From NCBI GenBank assembly GCA_951406725.2, contig OX597814.1, forward strand, positions 59,954,001-60,018,000: DNA of 64,000 nt, read 5' to 3'. Positions 11,368 through 24,671 of the stretch are shown in pieces; the first letter of the stretch is position 1; the number at the start of each line of letters is the position of its first letter. The notes under the pieces are model-generated. The model was not told the origin of the DNA and did not search any database. It saw only the letters and a program-made list of their open reading frames with translations. Made by a program: the position numbers and the translations under genes. Source of the DNA: Octopus vulgaris (taxonomy: Eukaryota).

Positions 11368-13965
11368 AATGTAAAAAAATACAAACTGGGACAAGAACGT
11401 GAAACATTTAGAAGACGATACAAAAAACAAATAATGATGATAATAATAACAAAAACAGGACGTCACAGAGAAGCGTCTTTTCCACAGGACGGGTAAATTT
11501 TTGTGCTGGCGTTAGAAGAAAGCCTTAGGGCTACAGAGAGACAAAAAAGTGTGTTTTGCCGAAACGGCAGCTGGACACGAAAGGCCAGCAATCGGTGGCT
11601 AGTCACGTGAGGGAAAGAGAGAGGAAAAGAGGGACAGATGAAGAGAGAAAGAAGGGGAACAAGGAACAGAGGAGGAGGAGAAGAGAGAGAGAGAGAAAAA
11701 AAGACAGATGAAGTGGAGTGCAAAGTGTGAAAGGCAGAGAAATGTAGGAGAAGGGGAGAGAGAGACAGTGTTGTAGAGTCGTACCATGTGTTAAAGAATA
11801 TATACTTACGTATAGGATCAAAAAGGTTACGTCATCGCTTATGTATATATATAAATGTAAAAAAATACAAACTGGGACATGAACGTGAAACATTTAGAAG
11901 ACGATACAAAAAACACGGATACAAAAACATTCGATCTTCAGTCAAGAACCGGATCATCTTCGCAATTTCGGCTGGTTAATCTTGAGATTGCTCCGATCTG
12001 GCCAGCCCCAAAGGAAAATCTAAGCCAAGCGCATTAGATTCCTTGGAAGAAAGCATCGAATGTATACAAAACGAGGACGGAAAAACGGACGATGTTACAC
12101 GAATAAAAATACAAAAATACGTAAAAACAATAATGATAATAATAATAATAACAACGTGGAGGCGCAATGGCCCAGTGTTTCAGGCAGCGGACTCGCGGTC
12201 GTAGGATCGCGGTTTCGATTCCCAGACCGGGTGTTGTGTGTGTTTATTGAGCGAAAACACCTAAAAAAGCTCCACGAGGCTCCGGCAGGGGGTGGTGATC
12301 CCTGCTGTACTCTTTCACCACTCCTCCTCTCACTCTTTCTTCTGTTGGCTTGCTCGCTTAGCCAGCGGGGTGGCGTCATTCGAAGGCTAAAACAATGCGA
12401 ACGCATTGTGACCAGCGATGTGTAGCAACATCTGATGGTCTGGTCGGTCACGTGATCACGTGATACATATATATCTCTCAGCCGCGTGTCCCCCTCCTCC
12501 TTCCTTCTTCCTTACTGCCAGCCTATAAAAATTTCTTTTACACGTTGCTCCTACTACTGAAAAGACTGCCTTCCACACGCTGCCACAGTATCCTTCGTCT
12601 ATGCCAGAAAAAAAGGCTTTTTCGTTCGTCCTCTTGTGTGTTTGATTTCCTGTATCGTAAACTCTTTTTATTTTCTCGTTTTGTATTTATTTGTATTTTT
12701 TGTACATGTATTTCTATTTTTGCAGTTTTATTGTTACGTCCTGTTCGTGTTCGTACTCATTTTGCCCCGCTGCTTGGAATTTTATTTTAATTCTCTCGCA
12801 GGAAGGCCTATGGATTAGTGTTCTGTCTTTGCCTTCGAAACATGCTTGAGTCTACTAGCGACAGCTGATGACGGGGTTTTTTTTCCTTGTGTAACCTGTA
12901 TTTTTCGTTTTCTTGTTTTTTTTGTTTTTTTTTGTTTTTCCCGTTTCTACGTCTTATTGTGGTGTCCTGTACTCACGTATAATTATTTATATATGCATGT
13001 ATATATACATGTAGATGTAGGTACGTACATATATGTTTGTATGTATGCATATATTTTTATTTATCACATATATATATATATATACAGTTATGCCATATTT
13101 TCCGTTGTCTTTTTATTTAATCCTGAAAATATTATTTATGTAACGCACGCACTTATTAATTTTTACCCATTTTTAGAAATATTCATGGAATATTTTTTGT
13201 GCTACTCTGTCTCTTCTCTTTACTTTGCTTCTCTTATTTCTTCCTCTCTCTCTATCTTTCTGTCGCTGACTGCATTTCGCTATTACCCTCCTCGCACTAT
13301 CAGTTGAGCCGTGACGGCCCAAGATGGTGTCATTGTTTTAGCGTTGCCTTCGACCGGACAGGTTGCGATTTTCTGAGCTCCTCGCTTTTCTTAATTTCCT
13401 TTCTCTCTTTCTCTCTCTCCACCTCTCTCTCTCTCTTTCTCTACTTCTCTCTCTTTCAATGTTACCCCCTCCAACTATCACGTGATCCGCGACGGCCTAA
13501 GACGGTGTCATTCTTTTTCATGTTGCCTTCGACCGAACTGGTCACGATTTTCGGAGCCCCTCACTCTACCGCTCCCGTATTTATAGTCCTTTAGAACATT
13601 TTTCATTTCTCCTTCGCGTTACCCATTTTTGTTTTGTCTTGCAGCTCTAAGGCTTTTTTTTTTGTATATGTATTATCATTTTAATTGTTGTCTTAGTGTG
13701 GCCCTAAGCTTTTATTCTGTATATTGTTTTGCTATGTTTTGGTCCTAATCCCAGCAAGGTCTAGCCGGTGCTTCCAGAGAGGAACCACTATTATCGATAA
13801 TGGCCGTAATTGCGCTTGACACTGTAGCCGATAATTAAAGAGGGGTTGGTGACCTTGCGTATTCTAGTCTGTGTATTTGGTATATGTTCCAATGTTTTTT
13901 TTCTAATTATATATATCTATAGGTATGTCATATTTTCTGCTGTCTTTTTATTTAATCCTGAAAAT
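10822..13965. repeat. Diverged long inverted repeat (~10822-11275 vs ~13565-13965) enclosing direct repeats
   Basis: AAAATGGATAACGCGAAGGAGAAATGAAAA..CTAAAGGACTATAAATAC is the reverse complement of GTATTTATAGTCCTTTAG..TTTTCATTTCTCCTTCGCGTTACCCATTTT. Confidence 0.85.
12158..12465 (+). mobile_element. tRNA-derived SINE
   Basis: GGAGGCGCAATGGCCCAGTG (A box), GGTTTCGATTCC (B box), tail GGTCACGTGATCACGTGA; inverted sister copy at 15568-15863. Confidence 0.8.
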
Positions 13966-13996
13966 ATTATTTATGTAATGCACGCATTTATAAACC

Positions 13997-14039
<43 letters not shown>

Positions 14040-14049
14040 TTATTTACTA

Positions 14050-14266
14050 CCCACAAGGGGCCAAACATAGAGGGGACAAACAAGGACAGACATAGGTATT
14101 AAGTCGATTACATCGACCCCAGTGCGAAACTGGTACTTTATTTATCGACCCCGAAAGGATGAAAGCAAAGTCGACCTCGGCAGAATTTGAACTCAGAAAG
14201 TAACGACAGACGAAATACCGCTAAGCATTTCGCCCGGCGCGCTAACGTTTCTGCCAGCTCGCCGCC
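14050..14266 (-). mobile_element. SINE with Meta-domain-like core
   Basis: Reverse complement of head and core: CTGGTACTTTATTTATCGACCCCGAAAGGATGAAAG..TTTGAACTC..TTCTGCCAGCTCGCCGCC. Confidence 0.8.
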
Positions 14267-14304
14267 TTTTTACATATATATATACTGTTAACAAATCTCG
14301 CGAT

Positions 14305-15168
14305 GCGTGGCGTTCAGTTATTCCATAATTGAAAACTACATAAAATACTACAAAGTGTATACGTTGGACAGACAGATGCACCCTTCATCACTTATCGACC
14401 AAAAATACTAATACCCAATTTTGTGCCTTTAACGATAAGACTGGGAACTTCATGTATCGACGGCACCCGCAAAATTTGCGTACATTTAGGGTTCGAACGA
14501 ACAAAAAAATACAGGTGGACGTACAGAAGTAAACAAATGTAATTTGAAGCGATAAACAAAGACAATAAATAACGGCCTTCGGGTAAATACGAGGTTGATG
14601 AATTAACGCCTTGAAGAAATCTTCAAGTGGATATAAAAACAGAACTCGTTAGAGAGGAGAGAAAGTTGACCAGCACGCTAGGCGTCCGGTGGTGAAAAGG
14701 CAGAAGATAGGAAATCAGTCAAGGTACAAGTGTGAGGTGCAAATAGGAGGATGATGAGAGAGAGGGAATGAGAGAGAGCGAAAACAGGGGGAGGAGGGGA
14801 GAAAGTCTACATTTACGTGTGAGAAGACAGGAGAGAGGGAGAGAGGAAGTAGGGATGCTTTAAAAGGAATATTAAAAGGAAAGAGAAAGAAAGAAAAATA
14901 GAGTCGCAAAAAACGTATACAAGCTTATTATTAACAAAACTCGACATTTGTGGCGTTCAGTTAACTATTCCATAAATGAAAAATGCATCGCATCCCGACT
15001 TTTGTTGACAATACGTTTGTAATATATTTTTTGCGACTCAATTTTTATTTATTTATTTATATGTTTCTTTCTCTCTCCTTCTAATATTCCTTTTCAAGCA
15101 TCCCTACCTCTTCACTCCCCCTCGCCCGTCTTCTCACAATTGTATACTTTCTCCCTTCCTTCTCCTGA

Positions 15169-15199
<31 letters not shown>

Positions 15200-15490
15200 C
15201 GCCCTCTCTCTCATCATCATCCTTCCCCTATATCTGCTGTATCGTCTCAAAATAACATTTGTATCGTCTCAAAATAACATTTGTTTAGTTTCGTTCGTTC
15301 CCCCTGTCTTGTTTTGCTTGTTCGAACCCTAACTGTATGCAAATCTCGTGGAGCCGCCGATATACGTAGTTTCCAGTTTTATTGTTAAAGGCACGAAACT
15401 GTGTATTAGTATATCTGGTCGATATTTGATGAAGCATAAGGGTTTTTGTGCTAGTCCCACGTGTACGTTTTGTAGCATTTAATGCATTTT

Positions 15491-15492
<2 letters not shown>
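14305..15492. repeat. Diverged inverted-repeat module (Penelope terminal-repeat-like)
   Basis: AATACTAATAC..TGTGCCTTTAACGATAAGACTGG..TAGGGTTCGAAC (14403-14498) is the reverse complement of GTTCGAACCCTAA..CCAGTTTTATTGTTAAAGGCAC..GTATTAGTAT (15320-15412); the purine and pyrimidine tracts are also mirrored. Confidence 0.8.
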
Positions 15493-15567
<75 letters not shown>

Positions 15568-15568
<1 letters not shown>

Positions 15569-15863
15569 CGTGAGATCACCGTGACCGACCAGACTATCAG
15601 ATGTTGCTACACATCGCTGGTCACAATGTGCTTTGCATTGTTTTAGCCTTCAAGTGACGTCACCCCGCTGGCTAAGCGAGCAGGCCAACAGAAGAAAGAG
15701 TGAGAGAAAGCTGTGGCGAAAGAGTACAGCAGGGATGGCCACCACCCCCTGCCGGAGCCTCATGGAGCTTTAGATGTTTTCGCTCAATAAACACTCACAA
15801 CGCCCGGTCTGGGAATCGAAACCGCGAGTCCGCTGCCCTAACCATTGGGCCATTGCGCCTCCA
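15568..15863 (-). mobile_element. tRNA-derived SINE (same family as 12158)
   Basis: GGGAATCGAAACCGCG..CCATTGGGCCATTGCGCCTCC is the reverse complement of the 12158 head. Confidence 0.8.
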
Positions 15864-15894
15864 TATATATATATATATAAAGAGAGAGAGAGAG

Positions 15895-17134
15895 ATAAGT
15901 TTCTTTATTGGCCACACAGGGCTGCACACAGATGGGACAAGTTACAAGGTAGAGCTTTTCTTTTGGGGGATGAAAAAAGGGGGTGGCGTAGATTTTCGAT
16001 CAAGAGGGAAGAAAAGAACAAAAAAATTTTTTTTTTATTTTTTAAGAATAGAATAAAAAATAAAAAGAATAAAAGAAAAAAAAAGAAAGGGAAAGGAACA
16101 AAAGAAAGGAGAAATGAAAAAAGAAGAAAAAGGGGAAAAAAAGGGGAAGAGGAAAGAAAAAAAAGGAACGATCAATAGGATCGTCTATCACAGTGTTATG
16201 ATATCTGGTGTAAAGGGGAAAGCAAGTAAGGTTTATCCGTGGGAAGAAAAGCCTACGAAAAAGACCACGGTAACCTTGGTCAATATTGTTATATGTTACC
16301 ACATTTGTTTGCAAGTGGGTAACCCTCTGTTTTCAATTTCTGGGTTCATAGGATTATGCTCAAGGTGGCTTCGTCATTCATACGTGCCATCCTTGCTACA
16401 TTCACCCATCTTTTTTTAAAACATTTGTTAGACAAAACTGGCCTCTCTACTCTCACTTTCCTTTTCAAGTGGTACTTGAAGAAGTTGATGAGAGATTGAC
16501 CAGAGAGGAAAGTGTTTGTCTCCAATCCTTTCAGACGCGTCCACCAGATACATTCTTTCGCCATAACCACAAGTATGATGAAAATAGCTCTTCCTTCCCG
16601 TTTGAAGGAAGGAGGCGTAACAATATTGACGATAGACTCAGCTGATAAACCGACTCGTCCCACACGTGACAGCAGTTGTTCGACACAAGCCCACAGGTCG
16701 GAAATTGTTGGACACTGCACGAGTGCGTGCAGAACGGTTTCGTCGCTCTGACTGCATCTCGGGCAGGTCGGCCCCGTGTTTCTCGAGCCGTGTCTGTAGA
16801 GCTTATCCCGAACGGGTAGCGCTTCTCGTTCGGGATAAGCTCTACAGACACGGCTCGAGAAACACGGGGCCGACCTGCCCGAGATGCAGTCAGAGCGACG
16901 AAACCGTTCTGCACGCACTCGTGCAGTGTCCAACAATTTCCGACCTGTGGGCTTGTGTCGAACAACTGCTGTCACGTGTGGGACGAGTCGGTTTATCAGC
17001 TGAGTCTATCGTCAATATAGTTACGCCTCCTTCCTTCAAACGGGAAGGAAGAGCTATTTTCATCATCCTTGTAGCTATGGCGAAAGAATGTATCTGGTGG
17101 ACGCGTCTGAAAGGATTGGAGACAAACACTTTCC

Positions 17135-17135
<1 letters not shown>
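15895..17135 (-). mobile_element. L1/Tx1-like LINE 3' fragment (zf-RVT C-terminus plus 3' UTR) with fold-back duplication
   Basis: LPVRDKL..TCPRC..ETVLHALVQC is the CCHC zinc knuckle of L1-clade ORF2. Stop at 16346; the minus-strand UTR ends AATAAAGAAACTTATC(TC)n. 16506-16820 is mirrored at 16821-17135. Confidence 0.85.
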
Positions 17136-17215
<80 letters not shown>

Positions 17216-17349
17216 GTATATATAACGTGTATCTACCTCTACGTTATGCTCTGCGTTCAGTAGGCGTTTGACTTGGGAGACATTAGAGCGACCAGAAACA
17301 AGTTCCTTTGTTGTCTCATCGTAACGTTGTGTTTCCATTTAGACGCTGT

Positions 17350-20300
17350 GGCTAAGTTTCTCCATCACTACTAAGATTACGTAAGTGAACCAAACGCAAG
17401 TATATTGTCAACTCAGAGAAATGTTATAAAGATTCTTTTAAAAATCCCCTTGAAAAATTCGAAAAATTCAGTGAAAATTAGTAAGAAATAGACAAAAATT
17501 AAATTGGAAATATAGAAAAATTAGTCTGTAACGTCTTGAAACTCAAATTAAAATAATAGCTGATGCCATTTGAAAGTGTCATTTTAAAAAGAATGCTTTA
17601 TGCACAAATTAACTTAACAATCTATTAGCGAAAACACTGAAAATCAACATAAACAGACACTGGTACAGACTATTCTCCAAAATGAATGACAGACGACCAT
17701 AATGATGATCTTTATGCAACAATAACTGTCATGATTTGTATATATAAATGTGAGCATTGAAGTCTAAACATTGATTTATTTTAACTTGGTGGAATGCATT
17801 TTGTTATATGTGGTAGTTATAATCGCATGAAATGACTCCACATTGTATATATTCTTATTATTATTATTCTAGAGATGTAAACATTGTTATTCATATTTTC
17901 AGTGATTGTATGATAAGTTTTAAAGACATGGTTTTTTGTGTTCACATTTCAAAATTCTCCTTGTGACGCGTCAGAAACGTTTAATGCTATTTTCCCAAGT
18001 TTATGGCGCTGAAATTTGGAAGATATTAATTGTCAGTTGTCAAGACTATTGATTTATTTCAACCAACCAACGGCCTGGGAACTCATACCCAACTACAGTT
18101 TATGCTGCGCAAATGACCAACTTCACTCAGTAGTAACAATTATAAAATTGGTCATTATTATGCGAGATTGGAGGACTAACGCAAAGTAAAATAGCTGAAC
18201 TTTGATATGCAGATCTTCTCGATATTTCAAACGCCTACGTAGCTACCGTGATCATCGATCCCTACACTCGGTCAGGTATGTTTGGATTCATATACCTGCA
18301 TTTCCGTTATCTTTGGACGAGGCATATTACACTGATTAAATATTATATCTACAGTAGACGTTCTGGAGGTTTCGGAACGCTCTGACGAACGTTGCACAGG
18401 TGAGGCTGCGATTTCTGCTAGCATTTCTAAATCATCAGTTTATTGATGTCTTCCCAAAGATCTTTTTAACGATGTTGCAAACCTGGGTGAATTATAGGCC
18501 AATATTTTACATCTGACATTTAGCATGCTGTTAGATGCTCTCAATTCACTTGCCTTCATGCTGAATAATTGCTAATTCCATAATGCTCAGGAGGAGAATA
18601 TGGTCGTTATCATGAGGAATACTCTGAGTGTCTATGACGATCAACTCAGAACTAATTTATAGAATTATCTTAGGTGAAGTATCATGGCCAAGTCGAGCAA
18701 CCATTGGCGTGAGATTTTACTGTAGAAATTTAGGGCAAATTCCACAGACAAGACTTCTGTCTTGGGAGCCTTAAGCTAAACCTATAATTCTTCATTCCTC
18801 ATTTCAGGATTTGTTCAGAATATATTCGACTCACCATCATTCTGTTCAATCTTGCTGACTATCGTGAGTTTTCTCCCCGCTTTTTCATTCTTTGTCGAAA
18901 TTGTTTTTACATATATCAAAATTCATTAATCGTCTTTTCTTTCAATTTCCAATTTTATACAGTGTATTCTAAAGTTGTTTACTATCGAAAATTTTCTTAG
19001 GATCACTCTGGTCTACATTAGCAAATCCAAATGTATTCAAATATTCTAAAGTATCACGATATTAGGGAACGTCATTTCAAACTAAGTATTAATAATTTGA
19101 TCTGCTGAACAATAATTACTTATATATTTATACAATTAATGAAACATCTTCAATAAGATATTTAGAATTCCACTTTAAGCTTGCTACATTTGTTTTTAAA
19201 TATAAATTTATTATTATATCTTCACATCGAACCACACGGCGTACAAATATGTTGCGTCGCGCCACTTTGGAAGAACTTGTTTACATAATTTTCTGGTTTG
19301 GTTATAGTTAAAAATTTCACCGTCCAAAATTTATCGAACTTTTACTGTCCTATTTTGGGGTTTTGTTTAACTTTCAAATTATTTGAAACTACAACTTTTG
19401 TCGGCACTCCTCGTCTCTATTTATAATGTGCTTAGTAGCATCTACGCCATTTTTACGTATAAACGTGATTTTTCTCGAATCTTTCGACATTCCTTTAGTA
19501 CGTTTTGTTGAAGGTATCGTAAAAGCATGGTGGTTATATTCTGAACCTATGACATCGATATCTATATCTAAAAGGCTAACTTATCAATCATGTTCCTCTG
19601 CTAAGAATAATACATAATTTCAATCCTACATCATAGAGTTCCTTTATATATGTGTTCTCTTCTATATATTTTAAATCATCTAATTTCAATGCACGAAGGA
19701 ATGTTTGTCCATGTCATTTGTACCACAGAATTTCCTTAGTGTACTAAGTATCACTTCTTGGAAGGATATTATCAATATGAGCGCTATCTGTTAGTTGGAT
19801 TGATGAGTGTAGTGAATTGATAGAATTAGAATAACATTGGACAAACGCTTTGTCCCTTTGTGTTTCCAACTTTAAATCACAGATATCTATGTTGCAATTG
19901 ACCATTTTAGTGTCAATAAAATAACTACCAAATAAATACTGATATCGGATAAAACAACTTCTTTAAATTGAAGTCCTTGTCTCTGTGTTAGAAACCCTAA
20001 CAGTGAACACGTAACTTAGATTTCATCCGTACCGTATTTCTGGTAAATATCTTGTTTTTGCCTTTAAATATTTTCCGCCCAGACACTCCCTGATTGAAGT
20101 TCCGCCTGGTAAAATTACCTTCCTGCTATTATTGGTAGAGAACCTTGTTAGTAAGGGCTTTTAACTATCACAGACGTAAGTTATATGGTGGGCTATAAAG
20201 CTAATAAAGATTGGCAATATCATTTGTAATAAAGAGTGGAAGATAATATTGTAGAATCTGCAGGCAGTTATGAGAGCCTAACTGTAACAGTAAATATAGG

Positions 20301-20940
20301 GCTACATGCCCAGTCGATATCTGATTTGATCTAACTGAAATTGTTAGAGTGTCTATAGGAATGTGTAGTGGTTAACACCAACCATATACACCAATTCTTC
20401 AAGAAATAATCCCAAACCGACTTGTACTAAAGTCTTGGCTGGATATATAAATTATCTAACTGCGTTGTCGTTATACATAGATTAATTATATTTACTGCAC
20501 ACAATATAATAGCATTGCTGACATGCTAACGAATACACCTTGATTCGATGTAGGGATTATAATTAAACTAATGTGTATTTATCAAGTTGTGTATTAACAG
20601 TTAAAACATTTCTTATGTTCGATTTTGACTAGTTTAAAGATGATATTTTTGTCAATTCAGATTCAACATCCAGCACAAATGAGTAAATTCGTTTTCCAAA
20701 TCCAGAATTGTGGCTGTTCTGTTGCCTGCATTAATTGAGAAGGTGTGTTCATTTTCTCAAGTAATATGTTTTTCACTTACAATTTGAGATAATGGTGTAC
20801 CATATGTACGACACTAATGAAGAATCTTTATTGACTAAAAACTCTTATAAATATTAATAATTCCAGTTTAGCTGACAATCTACTGATCAGGTCTCATAAT
20901 TTCTCCACGATATTGTTTACGGCATCAGTTAGATTTTCCG
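17350..20940 (-). pseudogene. Decayed Ty3/Gypsy INT - LTR-like spacer - gag - RT
   Basis: ISTGH, IFTRN, WTNIP..EIR, ITFIRKNGVD (integrase, ~20300-19430); NFYSKISRQWL, DDLEMLAEIA (gag, ~18750-18400); SSLWSSVIH..VDF (RT SSPWASPLH..GDY, ~17700-17640). Confidence 0.65.
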
Positions 20941-21079
20941 AAAAGAAACAAAGAAGCAGTTTTCACTTTCTCATTTACAATAAGTGATGATTGATGTTGC
21001 TGCAAGCATTTTATTTATATAATGATTATGGTTTTCTCTTTGTCTCTTTATCATTTCAGCATTTCCCCATCCTCTCTCT

Positions 21080-21268
<189 letters not shown>

Positions 21269-21819
21269 TCTCTCTCTTTCACACACAGACACACACCTGT
21301 GAAAATTTGTGTGGATGTGTGCGTACGCGCGCGCGTTTTGACATTGTGTGCGTGGGAAAACAATCTTCTAGCGTTCATATTCCAGTTGTTTCATGCGATG
21401 CCTAATAAAGAATAATTCACAAATTATAACTCGTAATGTCGTATACCCTGAGGACACTAAGTCATAAATATTGTTTCGGAATGTCATCAAAAATATTTCA
21501 AATTGAATAAATGAATGAAACGTTTTCAGGCATACATGTACAGTACGTAGGTTACGTCAATGCATAACCTTATCTAAGCATTAATGTAAGGGCAACCACA
21601 ATACTGCACGGTTAGTCCACTTGGAATTATGCAGAAAGCATAAATTAAAAAGGATCTAGCAGTAATGTAATTGACTATAATAATATAAAATCCCGTAGAA
21701 TTTACCCGTTCAATATGAATGTATGTACCACCTCTTTGAGGGCACTCAACTTGCTAGAAAGAGCAGCCTACTTTCCCTCAAATTATAACTTAACGCTTTA
21801 ATAAAAGATTACATTGAAT

Positions 21820-22440
21820 ACATTAGATAAGCTCTCCTCCCATGGCACAGTCAGCTCCCCAAGGACCACACGTGTCTGACCCTCATCTACAAAAACCAGG
21901 TCGGGCCGGAGTGCTGACACCACGATGCTTTCAGGCAATGGCTTCTCCACGAACGCCTCCCATTTTCTGTCTTCGTCCTGCCGAGGTTTCTGTCTCTTTG
22001 GTATCACACCTTGCTTCACAAATGCTGTCTTGCGCAAGCACAGTTCAGGCACTCGACCCTCTCTTGTAGCTGAAGCAACAACGTCTAGCACTAAATTATG
22101 TCTAAATGTGTACCATCCAGACTTGATTGCTTTTGGGCAAGATTACAGCATGTGTTTGAGGCTGCCATGCTTCCGGCACAAGTGGCATTGTGGACTCTTT
22201 TGGATAGCCCATTTTTTGAGGTTTGCTGGAGACGGATGCACATCATACGCAGTCTGGATCAGAGCTTTCAAATGCCTTGCACTCAACCGCCAGCAATCAG
22301 GCCACTTCAACTGCAGCTTTTCGACATCATCCCAATTCAGCCACCGACCCTGCTGTGCTTGTTGCACTGCGTGACCCAGACGTCTCTCATCTTCCAGCTG
22401 CTTTACTTGTAGTTCACATAGCTTCCGCTGTTCTTGTATA
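21820..22440 (-). mobile_element. RLE-type non-LTR retrotransposon fragment (HERO-like)
   Basis: QGRWLNW..PSPANL.KW..PQCHLC..GSLKHML*SC..YTFRHNLVL and LRPDLV..ELTVPWEE match a CCHC finger plus a PD..E restriction-like endonuclease; one in-frame stop. Confidence 0.85.
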
Positions 22441-22449
22441 TTTTAGAGT

Positions 22450-23620
22450 TTGCAGATAAATTTTAAGCAATTGACTTAATGGGCTTAACATTTCATTTTT
22501 TGACAAAACCTTGCTTGCTTGAAAATTTAATCCTCCTTTATTTTTAGGTAAATCATGAATTGATTCGACAACGGAATCGTTCTGCTATTGTTGTATTGGC
22601 GAGCGCCGGCCACACTGTCAGTAAAATTGTTAAGTTGGCGAAACTTCCGAAATCAACAGTTTATCGTGTGTATAAACAATTTAAAAGAAGATGGAAAGAT
22701 TGAGAGAAAAGAAAATAAGACTCGAAGTGATTCAAAACTCAATCCAAAGTTTCTAGCAAAGAAATGCAATGTGTCCCTATCCACGGCATCGAGAGATGTG
22801 AACAGGTACCTAGGCATGGCTAACTATGTTGGACGTCACCATCACTTCCTAACAGCCAAAGTCAAAACAATCAGAGCCGAGAGATGCCCATAGCTTCTGT
22901 CATTCATCAAACATCAAGGTGCAAGAAAAACTCCTGTGTTTGTGGATGAGAAGTTCACTGTGGACGCTGAGGTGAATCGCAGAAATCCCCGAGCGATTGC
23001 ACACAACCATTTTGACGTCTCCACTGCGTTTGAGGCTAAGAATCCGGTCTCTGGGATGATATTTGGAGCTGTGGCGAGTGATGGAAGTGTCATTGAGTTT
23101 GGTTTAAAGATTATCACAAAGGAATATCTGGACATCCTGAAGAACTCTCTGATATTTTGGATGGAGTGAAAATTTGGGCTTGACAATGTAGTGCTTATCC
23201 AGGATTCTGCACCATGCCATGGGACGAAAACAACACAGGTCTTCCTTAGTGAGCAGGTTCCATTTTTTTTTTGTGAGAGCCAACATCTGACCCAGGTGTC
23301 AACCTTCTCGATTACTTTTTACGGGGCGTTCTTCAAGCAGGGACCAATAACTCACCACACTCGAGTGTCAGCCGATTTAACACCTGCATCGTGCGTGCGA
23401 CACGCAAATGCCAAAAGGTGGAGGGAACGGCAGCTGCAAAGAATTTCGTTCTTGTGTGGAGGCAGTACTTTTCCAGCGGAGCGCCATATTTAGTGATAAA
23501 TATTTTTGCTGTTATAAATGTTACGTTAAAATTATATTTGTCTACTACCATTATTTTAGTATTTATAAACAGTTTTATGCATCGTAAAACTTGTCGCAAT
23601 TTATCTGCAAGAACCTGTGT
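22450..23620 (+). mobile_element. Tc1/mariner-superfamily transposase pseudogene (maT/DD37D-like)
   Basis: FVDEKFTVD..MIFGAVASDG..EYLDIL..IQDSAPCH, with frameshifts and stops. Confidence 0.85.
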
Positions 23621-23638
23621 AAATACAAACACTCACAG

Positions 23639-24480
<842 letters not shown>

Positions 24481-24605
24481 GTAAAACTTACTTCCAATAT
24501 GAAGTTGTGCTCAACAATTCAATAATTTCCTACCAGAAAATTCCAAAATAACAAAATTTATGTCATACACATATGTTTGTAAGTATGTATGTACAAACAC
24601 ACACG

Positions 24606-24669
<64 letters not shown>

Positions 24670-24671
<2 letters not shown>

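Noticed and set aside
16666-16975. Twin ORFs starting MTAVVRHKPTG on both strands as a novel protein
   Set aside because: The N-terminal half is the antisense reading of the other palindrome arm; only the part from LPVRDKL onward is LINE protein.
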